Translations under genes and position numbers: made by a program | NCBI GenBank assembly: GCA_051648645.1 | Contig: JBOFFP010000003.1 | Location: forward strand, 301,266-365,265 | DNA length: 64,000 nt | Reading direction: 5' to 3' | Source: Candidatus Rhabdochlamydia sp. | Lineage (GTDB): Bacteria > Chlamydiota > Chlamydiia > Chlamydiales > Rhabdochlamydiaceae | The notes under the pieces: model-generated | The model's database searches: none | What the model was told of the DNA's origin: nothing | What the model saw: the letters and a program-made list of their open reading frames with translations, nothing else | Shown here: piece after piece, positions 42,393 through 51,676 of the stretch | Layout: every line of letters begins with the position of its first letter | Position numbering within the stretch: position 1 is the stretch's first letter

Positions 42393-42560
42393 ACTTTTTC
42401 CTTATTATACAGATTATCGCTGCATTTGATCTCTTTTAAGGCACTGTTATTAACAGCAGCATCAGAATGAGAGTGCGTTTGACAGCGACAAGTAGTATAC
42501 GCGCTTATGAATGCTTTGTACTTTCTTGTCCTTTAAGCCTTTATTGTGGCTTAAGCGAGA

Positions 42561-42590
42561 AGGCTACCAAAAAACTTAATTTTTCCTCAA
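42561..42590 (-). promoter_or_regulatory. Candidate promoter of the rplC operon
   Basis: Minus strand TTGAGG-N18-TAGCCT with extended TG. Confidence 0.45.
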
Positions 42591-42613
42591 CGTCTTTTTT
42601 ACATTCTTTGCTT

Positions 42614-42712
42614 TTATCTTGGTAAAAGCCAAGAAATGACCAGCAAAGAGAAAATAAATCCCAAAACAAAGAGCAAAAAGCCCCATTCTCTAAGCCTTAG
42701 CCTGTTTTTCAA
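42614..42712 (-). CDS. Unannotated 32-aa single-TM protein MKNRLRLREWGFLLFVLGFIFSLLVISWLLPR
   Basis: TTG start 9 nt after the upstream stop; basic N-terminus plus one hydrophobic helix. Confidence 0.5.
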   Translation of the reverse strand: MKNRLRLREWGFLLFVLGFIFSLLVISWLLPR

Positions 42713-42721
42713 ATTTTTACT

Positions 42722-43498
42722 CTAAATACCATAAACAAATCTGTTATCTCTTAAAGAAAATTTTCCCTTGTGCAAAGAGGTTACCTTACTATCATATAGA
42801 TAAGAGGAGATTTTTAAAACTAAAACACAACTACTTAATGCAAGTATAGAACCCTCTGATCCCTTTGAAACTTTTTTAAATACACCTAAAAAAATTTTTA
42901 CAGATCTTTCCGCCATATTAAGCAAAGAAAGCCTAGTCTTTTCTTCTAGTTCTTTTTTAGCTGCTAAAGAGCAAGAATAACTTAAAGAATTATTCAAATA
43001 AACTTGATATCCCTCTTGCAAAAGATAAAATCCCTGCGTCAAAAGATAAAAAAAATCATTTATTTTTTCTAACTGCTTTTGCAACTTAGAAGAACAAGAA
43101 ATGAGATGGATTCTTGTTAAAAGAAACCCTACTCTAACCGTATTGCAAAAAACACCAGCCGCATTAAAAATTATTTTACTAAACGCCTGAACCTTTTCAA
43201 CGGTAAAATCACGGGAGCTCTCATTATCAAGTATTTCTTTTGCCCACTTACAATTAGAAGCCAACTTTTGCGCATCATTAATGAGCTCTACTGCACTTAA
43301 AAGCTCTTCTCCCACATCGCAAACATCCAAAGTTTCTTGACTGTATTTTGATATAGCTACATGAAACAAAAAATATTTAGATGTTTGTGCAGCAAAATAA
43401 ATAAAACCCAATCCTAACCAAGAAGGATCGGTATTGATTTTTGAGGAGTCTGCATCGCTATTTAAAGAAGGGCCTAATAGACCCTTTAGTATTTTCAA
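42722..43498 (-). CDS. Hypothetical amphipathic helical membrane-associated protein
   Basis: 258-aa ORF between rplC and fmt. Confidence 0.7.
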   Translation of the reverse strand: MKILKGLLGPSLNSDADSSKINTDPSWLGLGFIYFAAQTSKYFLFHVAISKYSQETLDVCDVGEELLSAVELINDAQKLASNCKWAKEILDNESSRDFTVEKVQAFSKIIFNAAGVFCNTVRVGFLLTRIHLISCSSKLQKQLEKINDFFYLLTQGFYLLQEGYQVYLNNSLSYSCSLAAKKELEEKTRLSLLNMAERSVKIFLGVFKKVSKGSEGSILALSSCVLVLKISSYLYDSKVTSLHKGKFSLRDNRFVYGI

Positions 43499-43529
43499 AA
43501 AAAACCCTTATTTATCGTTTATTATAAAA

Positions 43530-44597
43530 TTATGTTTGTAACAAAGTGTTTATATCTTCATACCTTGGTGCATGCATTGATTTTAAAAAATGACTAGATA
43601 AATTAGCTAACACACTAACTGCCGAACAGAAAAGGACAGCTTTTGATGGCTCTTTTAAAATGCCTTTCTTATTGGCTAAAAGAATACTCCCAAGTGCAAA
43701 AATAGAAATATTTCCTGTTATGTTCAATACATTTTCAAGACCAAAGCCTTGTGTTTGATATTTCTTATGATCATCTCCCAAACGCGCTGCTGCTCCTAGA
43801 ACAATGGCAAACATGCTTGCAAGTTGAAAAAACACTGGAGATGCAATCCTAGCAATATTTAAAAACTTAGCACTTTCAAAAGCACCAATATATACACCTG
43901 CCCATGCACTAAGGCTCTTTCTAAACTGCGGCTTAGTAAAGATGTTGCTGAAAGAGGGGTTCTCATTTTCCTCTATAGCAGGTACATGTCGATCTCCTAA
44001 TTGAAATCTAGTTCCATTTGACAATAAACATCTTTTTCCATTGCTTAAACGCAGTTCGTAACTATTTTCAGGTAAATTTCCAATTGCATCTCCATTCGCC
44101 ACTTGTTCTTCAGTCCTACGAAGGATTCCATTCTGTAATTGAAATTCTGCATTTGGGACTATCGAAGGAACTTGCCTTGTTAAGTGAAGAGTATCTCCTT
44201 CTCTTAAAGGATAACTACCATTTTCCCTAATCAGCCTATCTCCATCTTTAAAAGAAACCACATTGGGAGTTTTTAAATTTAATGCCTGATTAATTTGATC
44301 GGGAAGAGCTAACAAGGTCAACCATCCTTTGCATTGCCCAGCTCCTTTAGCGACAGCTTGTACCTTTTTTATCAATTCTTCATTTTTTAAAATAAGCACA
44401 AAACAACGACCAGAAGTTTCTATACCTTTAACCAAATCTTTTGGCTTTTTTAGCAAGCTACTAAAAAATCTACCACTGACTTCACATGTTTTTTTTAAAG
44501 GAGTATTTTCATATACTCCATTTAAGACATCACAAATATAGTTAGCAGGAGTAATAATAAGAGAATGAAAAGCACTTTGAATAGCCATAATTACCAC
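43530..44597 (-). CDS. Hypothetical membrane-associated protein with central beta-rich insert
   Basis: 355-aa ORF with C-terminal hydrophobic helices. Confidence 0.7.
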   Translation of the reverse strand: MVIMAIQSAFHSLIITPANYICDVLNGVYENTPLKKTCEVSGRFFSSLLKKPKDLVKGIETSGRCFVLILKNEELIKKVQAVAKGAGQCKGWLTLLALPDQINQALNLKTPNVVSFKDGDRLIRENGSYPLREGDTLHLTRQVPSIVPNAEFQLQNGILRRTEEQVANGDAIGNLPENSYELRLSNGKRCLLSNGTRFQLGDRHVPAIEENENPSFSNIFTKPQFRKSLSAWAGVYIGAFESAKFLNIARIASPVFFQLASMFAIVLGAAARLGDDHKKYQTQGFGLENVLNITGNISIFALGSILLANKKGILKEPSKAVLFCSAVSVLANLSSHFLKSMHAPRYEDINTLLQT

Positions 44598-44683
44598 CTT
44601 TTACTTAGTATTTTAAAAAGAGTATAATTGTAGGCTACGTAAAGATAAATATCTAGTATAAAGCAGGATAGCAAATTTATTTT

Positions 44684-45613
44684 TTATATAATTTTCGGTT
44701 GATACAGACCATTAAAACAATCATGAGCTGGCATATTGCGTTTGCCTTCAAGTTGTACTTCTATTAGACGCAGTACACCCTGGCCACAGACAACTCCCCA
44801 TTCTTTACCTAACTTAACAAGAGAGCTGGGTTTTTCTGAAAATGACAACTCTTCTGGAAAAGCGCGTATGATTTTAAGACGTTTTTTTTGATTTTTTACT
44901 TCCAAAGTACAAAAGGCACCTGGAGAGGGAGATAAAGCCCGAATGCGGTTATGCAATAAAATGGCATCAAGATTCCAATCAAGCTCTTCTTCTTGAGCAG
45001 ATATTTTGGGCGCTAAGCTCATTTGATCATGATCTTGCGGAATTTTCTTTACAGATTTGTTTTTAAATTGCTCAATTACTTGCAAGATCATTTCTTGAGC
45101 CAATGTACATAACTCTTTTTCAAGCTCACCATGAGTCATTTCAAATGGAATAGGGATCTTTTCGATAGCTATTATATCTCCAGCATCCATTTTTGGAGTC
45201 ATTTCAATGATGGTGATACCGGTTTCTTTCTCTCCATTCATAAGACATCTCTGCATAGGGGCTGCTCCTCTATATTTAGGAAGCAGACTTGCATGAATAT
45301 TAATACATCCTAAAAAAGGAAGATCCAACACTTCTTTTTTTACAATTTCTCCATAGGCAACAACAATAAAAAGATCTGCTTGTAAGTTTTTCAACTGCTC
45401 AACAAATTCTGAAGAAGACGCTTTTTCAGGTTGAAAAACGGGTAAATCCAATTTGACAGCAGCTTGTTTAACAGGAGGAAAAGAAGGCTTTAAAGATCGT
45501 CCTGTGGGACGATCTGGCCTTGTAACAACAGCAATTACATGAGTTTGATTCTGGACAAGACAAAACAGAACTTGTGCAGCAAAAGAAGAAGTGCCAAAAA
45601 AAATGATTTTCAT
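44684..45613 (-). CDS. fmt: Methionyl-tRNA formyltransferase
   Basis: FFGTS.FA, VVAYG, INIHASLLPKYRGAAP, MDAGD. Confidence 0.97.
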   Translation of the reverse strand: MKIIFFGTSSFAAQVLFCLVQNQTHVIAVVTRPDRPTGRSLKPSFPPVKQAAVKLDLPVFQPEKASSSEFVEQLKNLQADLFIVVAYGEIVKKEVLDLPFLGCINIHASLLPKYRGAAPMQRCLMNGEKETGITIIEMTPKMDAGDIIAIEKIPIPFEMTHGELEKELCTLAQEMILQVIEQFKNKSVKKIPQDHDQMSLAPKISAQEEELDWNLDAILLHNRIRALSPSPGAFCTLEVKNQKKRLKIIRAFPEELSFSEKPSSLVKLGKEWGVVCGQGVLRLIEVQLEGKRNMPAHDCFNGLYQPKII

Positions 45614-45620
45614 TACAGAG

Positions 45621-46472
45621 CTATACTCGCTCTTCTATTAACTCTTCTAGCTCATCAAAGTCTTCCTCAACCAATTGCTGAGCAGGTTGATGAAATCCAA
45701 TCAAACCCCTCTGAGACTTGCGGCAGAAATTCATCCAATGTTGAATATGGATGGTTGGTTCAATTTCTCTATCAATGCGCTCTAGCGCTTTAGAAAGATG
45801 TAATTTAGCACGGTAGGTAATTTTAAAAGCTCGTGACAAAGCTCTGCGATCTTCTAAAGAAAATCTATGGCGCCTTAAACCTACTAAGTTTAATCCTCCT
45901 AGCTTATAAGGAGTGCCTGCTCCGATAGTATAGGGAGGAACATCATGGGTAATACGACTAAATCCTCCTACCATTGCATATTGACCTATGCGTGCAAATT
46001 GATGCACAGGAGTCATTCCTCCAATGATTGCATGATCTTCTACAATTACATGTCCGGCTAGCATGGCATTATTTGCCATGATCACTTGATTCCCAATTTG
46101 ACAATTGTGGGCAATATGGCAATAAGCCATGATTAGACATCCGTCCCCTACACTTACCACTGAGCCTTCCTTACAAGAAGAATTAATTGTGGTAAATTCT
46201 CGGATTTCACAATATTTGCCAATTACAACAAAGGTTTTTTCCCCTTTAAATTTTAAATCTTGTGTTTTAGTTCCAATGCTTGCAGAAGGCCATATAATTG
46301 TCCCTTCTCCAATCGTGGTATAACCATCGATATAAGCATGAGATTTAATAACAACATGATCTTCAAGCGTAACATTTTTTTTAATGATCGCATACGCTTC
46401 AATTGTAACATTCCTACCAATCTTTGCACCAGATTCGATGATGGCAGTAGGATGGATATTTGACTGAGACAT
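45621..46472 (-). CDS. lpxA: UDP-N-acetylglucosamine acyltransferase
   Basis: Hexapeptide repeats, QDLKF, HIAHNC, LAGHV, VHQF. Confidence 0.96.
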   Translation of the reverse strand: MSQSNIHPTAIIESGAKIGRNVTIEAYAIIKKNVTLEDHVVIKSHAYIDGYTTIGEGTIIWPSASIGTKTQDLKFKGEKTFVVIGKYCEIREFTTINSSCKEGSVVSVGDGCLIMAYCHIAHNCQIGNQVIMANNAMLAGHVIVEDHAIIGGMTPVHQFARIGQYAMVGGFSRITHDVPPYTIGAGTPYKLGGLNLVGLRRHRFSLEDRRALSRAFKITYRAKLHLSKALERIDREIEPTIHIQHWMNFCRKSQRGLIGFHQPAQQLVEEDFDELEELIEERV

Positions 46473-46504
46473 GGACTTCCAATTTTAATGTTTATTAGTT
46501 AAGG

Positions 46505-46972
46505 CTAAAGCTGATCTTTATCAAGTAACGCAAATCCAATTTTAGCTTCTGTGACTACTTTCTCATTTACTATTGCGCATGCTGAAATTTTCCCTCCACT
46601 TCCGCTCAAATGCAGCATTGATACTTCTAGCCTTAATGTATCACCTGGTACAACAGGTTTGCGAAACTTTGCATCTTGGATATTCAATAATAGAGCTGTT
46701 TTTGCATGAAATCCCTTTTTATAAATTAAAATCCCTCCTGTTTGAGCTAAGGCTTCCAACACAAGAACACCAGGCATAATTGGGGCCCCCGGAAAGTGAC
46801 CTTGAAAAAAGTGTTCATTAAATGTAACATTTTTTTGTCCAACGATCCGATTCTCATTAAGATTTAAGTGAATGATTTTATCAACGAGCAGAAAGGGATA
46901 ACGATGAGGCAAAATTTTAGCAATTTCCTTAATATTTAAAACGATATTCTGCTCTGAAAGGGCTTCACTCAT
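46505..46972 (-). CDS. fabZ: 3-hydroxyacyl-ACP dehydratase
   Basis: LPHRYPFLLVD, GHFP..PIMPGVL..EALAQ. Confidence 0.96.
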   Translation of the reverse strand: MSEALSEQNIVLNIKEIAKILPHRYPFLLVDKIIHLNLNENRIVGQKNVTFNEHFFQGHFPGAPIMPGVLVLEALAQTGGILIYKKGFHAKTALLLNIQDAKFRKPVVPGDTLRLEVSMLHLSGSGGKISACAIVNEKVVTEAKIGFALLDKDQL

Positions 46973-47832
46973 CAAACATTCTCCATTTTAATTTGGTTAT
47001 ATAGCAATTTAGCAAAGGTATTATTAGAGGTGTGCCCAGAACGAATAGCTATAACATGTGCTAAAAAAGGAATAGGTATAAGAGAAAGGTCGCCTATTAG
47101 ATCCAAGATTTTATGACGAGCCATTTCATTTGAATAACGTAATCCTTCTGGATTGATCACTTTATTTTCCTTTATAAGAATTGCATTTTCTAAACTGCCT
47201 CTTTTAATAAATCCCTTTTCTATCATAGGAACTACTTCTTCATAAATGGAAAAAGTGCGACAAGGAGCAATTTCTTTAACAAACTCTTCTTGGTTTAAAG
47301 AAAACGTATGAAACTGTGTGCCAATTCCTAAGCAATGGGGATAATGTAATGTATAACTCAAACGGTATTCATTAGCAGGAATTGCAATAATCTGAACTTG
47401 TTCATTTGACCAGAATATAGGGGATCGCAAAGCAAATACTTTTTTCTCTTCTTTTAATTCAATAACACCTGCTTCTTCAATCAATAGAGAAAAATCTTTA
47501 GAACTACCATCCAACATAGGGACTTCTGGACCTGAAATTTGAATGAAGGCATTATCAATTTCATGAGCACGCAAAGAAGCTAGTAAATGTTCAACCATTT
47601 GTATAGAAGCTGTCTTATTACCTATTATGGTACATCTAGGAGTACTGTACACGGAATCAAGTGATGCAACAATTTTAGGTGCATTAGGTAAATCTGTGCG
47701 CTGAAATACAATACCTTGATCTGCAGTAGAAGGGTTAAAAGTTAGAGTGGTTTCTTGTCCGGTAAACACCCCTATTCCAGAAATGGATACACTTTTTCGC
47801 AAAGTGCGTTGTTTTTTTTCAATATTTGACAT
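46972..47832 (-). CDS. lpxC: UDP-3-O-acyl-GlcNAc deacetylase
   Basis: QRTL, VEHLLA, E.P..DGS, RHKILDLIGD, GH. Confidence 0.96.
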   Translation of the reverse strand: MSNIEKKQRTLRKSVSISGIGVFTGQETTLTFNPSTADQGIVFQRTDLPNAPKIVASLDSVYSTPRCTIIGNKTASIQMVEHLLASLRAHEIDNAFIQISGPEVPMLDGSSKDFSLLIEEAGVIELKEEKKVFALRSPIFWSNEQVQIIAIPANEYRLSYTLHYPHCLGIGTQFHTFSLNQEEFVKEIAPCRTFSIYEEVVPMIEKGFIKRGSLENAILIKENKVINPEGLRYSNEMARHKILDLIGDLSLIPIPFLAHVIAIRSGHTSNNTFAKLLYNQIKMENV

Positions 47833-47998
47833 AGGTAAAATAGAACCACTCGGCAACTTACAGGAAAAAGACAATAGACACCTCAAAAAATTATTTTTAT
47901 GCCCTCGTTTGCTAAATAAGCAAAAAAGTTATTTATTACTAAGAAGCTACCCAAAGATTATCATTTTCTTCAAGCGGATTTTACAAAACTACCAATCT

Positions 47999-48499
47999 CT
48001 AAACATCATCTATTTTTGGTGGAATAGCAGAATCATGACGAATAATCACTTCTTTTCTTCGATTATATCCCATTAATAATAAAAGCCCTCCTAACGTACT
48101 TAAATGCTGTAAAAACAAAGTCATTTGTAATGCGCGATCAACTCCCTGTGTGAGCCAAAATGGATGAAAAACTAAAATGGTCCCTAAGACAATCAAAGCT
48201 AAAAAAAAAGCAGCAAAACGAACAAAAAGACCTAAAAAAATACACACCCCTCCTAAGAACTCTATAATTGTTTGCACTAAAAAAATCAGAGAGGGTTTAG
48301 CAAGAATCATTTCCAACCCCTGTTTTATCCATTCCTTTTGCCCACTTATCCCACTTAAATTATGCACAGCAGCTATAAACTGTTGTTCAGCTCCTTGCCA
48401 ATCAAGTAATTTTTGAAAAGCAGTGGCAATAAAAATTAAACTAATACAAACACGGCCTAAAAATATAACTGTAGATCGAAGCATAAATACCCTTGTCAT
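47999..48499 (-). CDS. DoxX family membrane protein
   Basis: GR..ISLIFI, IEFLGG, FH.FW, GGLL. Confidence 0.85.
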   Translation of the reverse strand: MTRVFMLRSTVIFLGRVCISLIFIATAFQKLLDWQGAEQQFIAAVHNLSGISGQKEWIKQGLEMILAKPSLIFLVQTIIEFLGGVCIFLGLFVRFAAFFLALIVLGTILVFHPFWLTQGVDRALQMTLFLQHLSTLGGLLLLMGYNRRKEVIIRHDSAIPPKIDDV

Positions 48500-48608
48500 T
48501 CTTTTTTTATAAAAATAAATATAACTTTGAGTAAAGTCAACTAGTTTTCATGAGAAATTTAATCTAAAATGGCTTATACTAGATAAAAAACTAGTTTATT
48601 TAAAAAAA

Positions 48609-49760
48609 ATGATAAAGAAATCTTTTCGAGAATACCATTTATTTAACATTCTTTCTGAATATGAAAGGCAAACACTCCCTTTAGACCGTTTTTTAAAGGA
48701 GTATTTTCGTTTTCATAAGGCAATAGGTTCTAAAGATCGAAAGGTCTTATGCGAAAATATTTACTCTATGATAAGATGGAAAGGCTTACTGGATTATTTA
48801 TGTAACAAACCCATTTCATGGGAAGCAAGATACCAAAAACTAATTCAAATTAAACCAGATTGCTTTTTTGACAGCGATCAGATTCCTTTACATATACGTT
48901 TGAGTTTTCCAAAAGAACTATTCTCCTTAATTACAGAGAGTTTAGGTGAGGAAAAAGCGCGTTTTTTTTGTCGCGCCAGTAATTCTACTGCTCCTATAGC
49001 CATAAGAGTAAATCTATTAAAAACTTCTCGAGAAAACCTGTTAAAAGCATGGGAAAATGTATTAATTGCAAGTTGTGGCTCGTTTCACACAGCAATCATC
49101 TTATCTAAAAGAGCGAATTTTTTTGTTCTTCCTGAATTTAAATTAGGCCACTTTGAAGTACAAGATGAAGCAAGCCAGGCCCTTGCAGATTTGGTTGCAG
49201 TCAAGCCAGGACAATTAGTTCTCGACTTTTGCGCAGGTAGCGGGGGGAAATCCCTAGCCATTGCTCCTAAAATGCAAGGAAAAGGACAACTATTTTTACA
49301 TGACATTAGAAAACACACATTGCTCGAAGCCAAAAAGCGATTAAAAAGAGCTGGCGTGCAAAATGCTCAAGTGCTTTTTTCCGACTCCGCTCAAAAAAAA
49401 GCACTTTATGAAAAATTTGATTGGGTATTGGTTGATGCTCCCTGTAGCGGAACAGGTACTCTGCGTAGAAATCCCGACATGAAATGGCGCTTTACTACAA
49501 ATAGGCTTCAGAAAATACTAGAAGAGCAAAGATCTATTTTTGAGCAGGCTTTGCGGTTTGTCAGACCAGGTGGCCATATTGTATACACCACGTGCAGCAT
49601 ACTACAATTAGAAAATGAAGAGCAAACGCAGTATTTTAAAAAAACTTTCTTATTAAATACAACCTCGGCTTCCTTTAGTACTTTGCCTTTAAATGCAACC
49701 GATCCCGATGGATTCTATGGGCAAGTCTTTTTTAAAAAGCCAACTTCAGAATATACTTAA
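48609..49760 (+). CDS. RsmB/NOP2 family RNA m5C methyltransferase
   Basis: QDEASQ, DFCAGSGGK, DAPCSGTG..RRNPD, YTTCS. Confidence 0.92.
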   Translation: MIKKSFREYHLFNILSEYERQTLPLDRFLKEYFRFHKAIGSKDRKVLCENIYSMIRWKGLLDYLCNKPISWEARYQKLIQIKPDCFFDSDQIPLHIRLSFPKELFSLITESLGEEKARFFCRASNSTAPIAIRVNLLKTSRENLLKAWENVLIASCGSFHTAIILSKRANFFVLPEFKLGHFEVQDEASQALADLVAVKPGQLVLDFCAGSGGKSLAIAPKMQGKGQLFLHDIRKHTLLEAKKRLKRAGVQNAQVLFSDSAQKKALYEKFDWVLVDAPCSGTGTLRRNPDMKWRFTTNRLQKILEEQRSIFEQALRFVRPGGHIVYTTCSILQLENEEQTQYFKKTFLLNTTSASFSTLPLNATDPDGFYGQVFFKKPTSEYT

Positions 49761-49787
49761 AACCATACTCTTTTATAAGGATAAAAT

Positions 49788-50834
49788 ATGAAATCACTAC
49801 TTTACTCTCTTTTCCTTGCTTTAGGGATACTCCCTTCCCTAGATGCTAGAGAATTCTCTTCTGAGTATTCTATAAATCCTCAAGAAGAAGCTGGGCAAAT
49901 AATCATCCACAATCGGATTTTGGCCAAATTTAATAACAAGACTTTTTCAGTACTTGATATAGTCAAAAAAATGGATAGGATTTTCAATAATCACTATCCT
50001 AATCTTGCAAATTCTAAATTAGCTCGTTATCAGTTCTATAATACACAATGGAAAAACACACTACAAAAACTGCTTGATCAAGAATTAATTTTATTAGATG
50101 CAGAGAGAATTGGGGTTAAAGTAACAGATGCTGAAATAAGAGAGGAATTGTTAGCTAAATACGGTCCTAATGTCATAACCTCTTTGAATCGATTACAATT
50201 GAGTCCTGAGGAAGCACGTAAGATGCTTTCTGAAGATTTAATTGTAGAAAAACTATTGCATTTCAAAGTATATTCTGAAGCCCTGGATATAAGACCCACT
50301 GATATTAAAAAAGAATACACAACCGATTGCCAAGAAAAGGCTGCATCACAAAAATGGTGCTACCAAGTTTTAACCATTGGTTCTAAGGATGAAAATATAT
50401 CTCAAGCCCTAGCAAAAGTAGCTTTTGATCTTTTAAAAGAACAAAGAAACTTTCAAGATATCTCTAAAGATTTGCAATCGCAAAATCCCCTTATTACTGT
50501 CTCCATTACTCCTGAAATAGAACAAGACAATTTATCTATTTCCCAAGCACACAAGCAAGTAATAGAAATGCTAAATCCTGGAGATTTTAGCACTCCCGTT
50601 TCTCAAGTGAACCGAGATCAATCTGTAGTACAGCGCATTTTTTACCTAAAAGAAAAAAATGTCATAAATCCACCTGACTTCCCCACAGAATTAGTAAAAA
50701 TTAAAGATCGATTGATTCAAGAGGCAATTGCTCAACGTCTTCCAAATTACATAGAACAATTAAAAAAACGTTATGGACTCTCAGAACAAGATCTATCTAT
50801 AGCCTCAGATTTTAAACCCTTTTCTTATCAATGA
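49788..50834 (+). CDS. SurA N-terminal-domain periplasmic chaperone-like protein
   Basis: Signal peptide; LLDQELILLDAERIGVKVTDAEI pattern; upstream of rsmA. Confidence 0.7.
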   Translation: MKSLLYSLFLALGILPSLDAREFSSEYSINPQEEAGQIIIHNRILAKFNNKTFSVLDIVKKMDRIFNNHYPNLANSKLARYQFYNTQWKNTLQKLLDQELILLDAERIGVKVTDAEIREELLAKYGPNVITSLNRLQLSPEEARKMLSEDLIVEKLLHFKVYSEALDIRPTDIKKEYTTDCQEKAASQKWCYQVLTIGSKDENISQALAKVAFDLLKEQRNFQDISKDLQSQNPLITVSITPEIEQDNLSISQAHKQVIEMLNPGDFSTPVSQVNRDQSVVQRIFYLKEKNVINPPDFPTELVKIKDRLIQEAIAQRLPNYIEQLKKRYGLSEQDLSIASDFKPFSYQ

Positions 50835-51676
50835 GCATATATAAACCCTCTGTACTTAAAGAGTTTTTGCGATTGTCTCATAGCCATCCCAAGAAAGCGC
50901 TTTCACAAAACTTTCTTATTGATGGAAATATTGTACGCAAGATTGTAGATACTGCTCAAGTACAGACAGACGATGTAGTTTTAGAGATTGGCCCAGGTCC
51001 TGGTGCTCTAACAGAAGCATTATTGCTAAAAGGAGCTTTTGTTACGGCTATTGAAAAAGATGCTGTATTTGCACAACAACTGCATCGTCTACAAGATTTA
51101 GGAAATTTAAAAATACACGAAGAAGATTTTTTGTTATTTGATTTAGAGAAATTTTTGCACTCTAAGAAAAGTAAAATCAAAGTAGTTGCTAATCTCCCCT
51201 ATCATATTACGACTCCAATCTTGCTCACTCTACTTCCCCATTATGATAAAATCGATTCCCTAACCATTATGGTGCAAAAAGAGTATGCCGATCGAATGGT
51301 TGCTGCCTCAAAAACACCTCACTATAGTCATCTCTCTTTACTTGTAAGTTTTTTTTGCCAAGCAAAACTCATTTTTACTATTAATCCAAATAGCTTCTTT
51401 CCTAAGCCAAAAATTAGATCGGCTATTGTTCATTGCAAATTAAATCCTCCTATTTTAACAAACGATATAGATGCATTTTTTTTTCTTACTCGTAGTGCTT
51501 TTCAACAGAAAAGAAAAATGTTACGTTCTTCCCTAAGATCGCTAGCTCCTAGTGAATTAATTGAGCAAGCTCTTCAAGCAATCCACCTTTCTAAAACAGC
51601 AAGACCAGAAGAACTTAATTTACAGGAATTTATTTCTTTATTTAAGCAACTCAAGATCGCTTGCTTATCCAAATAA
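50831..51676 (+). CDS. rsmA: 16S rRNA dimethyltransferase RsmA/KsgA
   Basis: QNFLID, EIGPGPG, VANLPYHIT, MVQKE. Confidence 0.96.
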   Translation: MSIYKPSVLKEFLRLSHSHPKKALSQNFLIDGNIVRKIVDTAQVQTDDVVLEIGPGPGALTEALLLKGAFVTAIEKDAVFAQQLHRLQDLGNLKIHEEDFLLFDLEKFLHSKKSKIKVVANLPYHITTPILLTLLPHYDKIDSLTIMVQKEYADRMVAASKTPHYSHLSLLVSFFCQAKLIFTINPNSFFPKPKIRSAIVHCKLNPPILTNDIDAFFFLTRSAFQQKRKMLRSSLRSLAPSELIEQALQAIHLSKTARPEELNLQEFISLFKQLKIACLSK

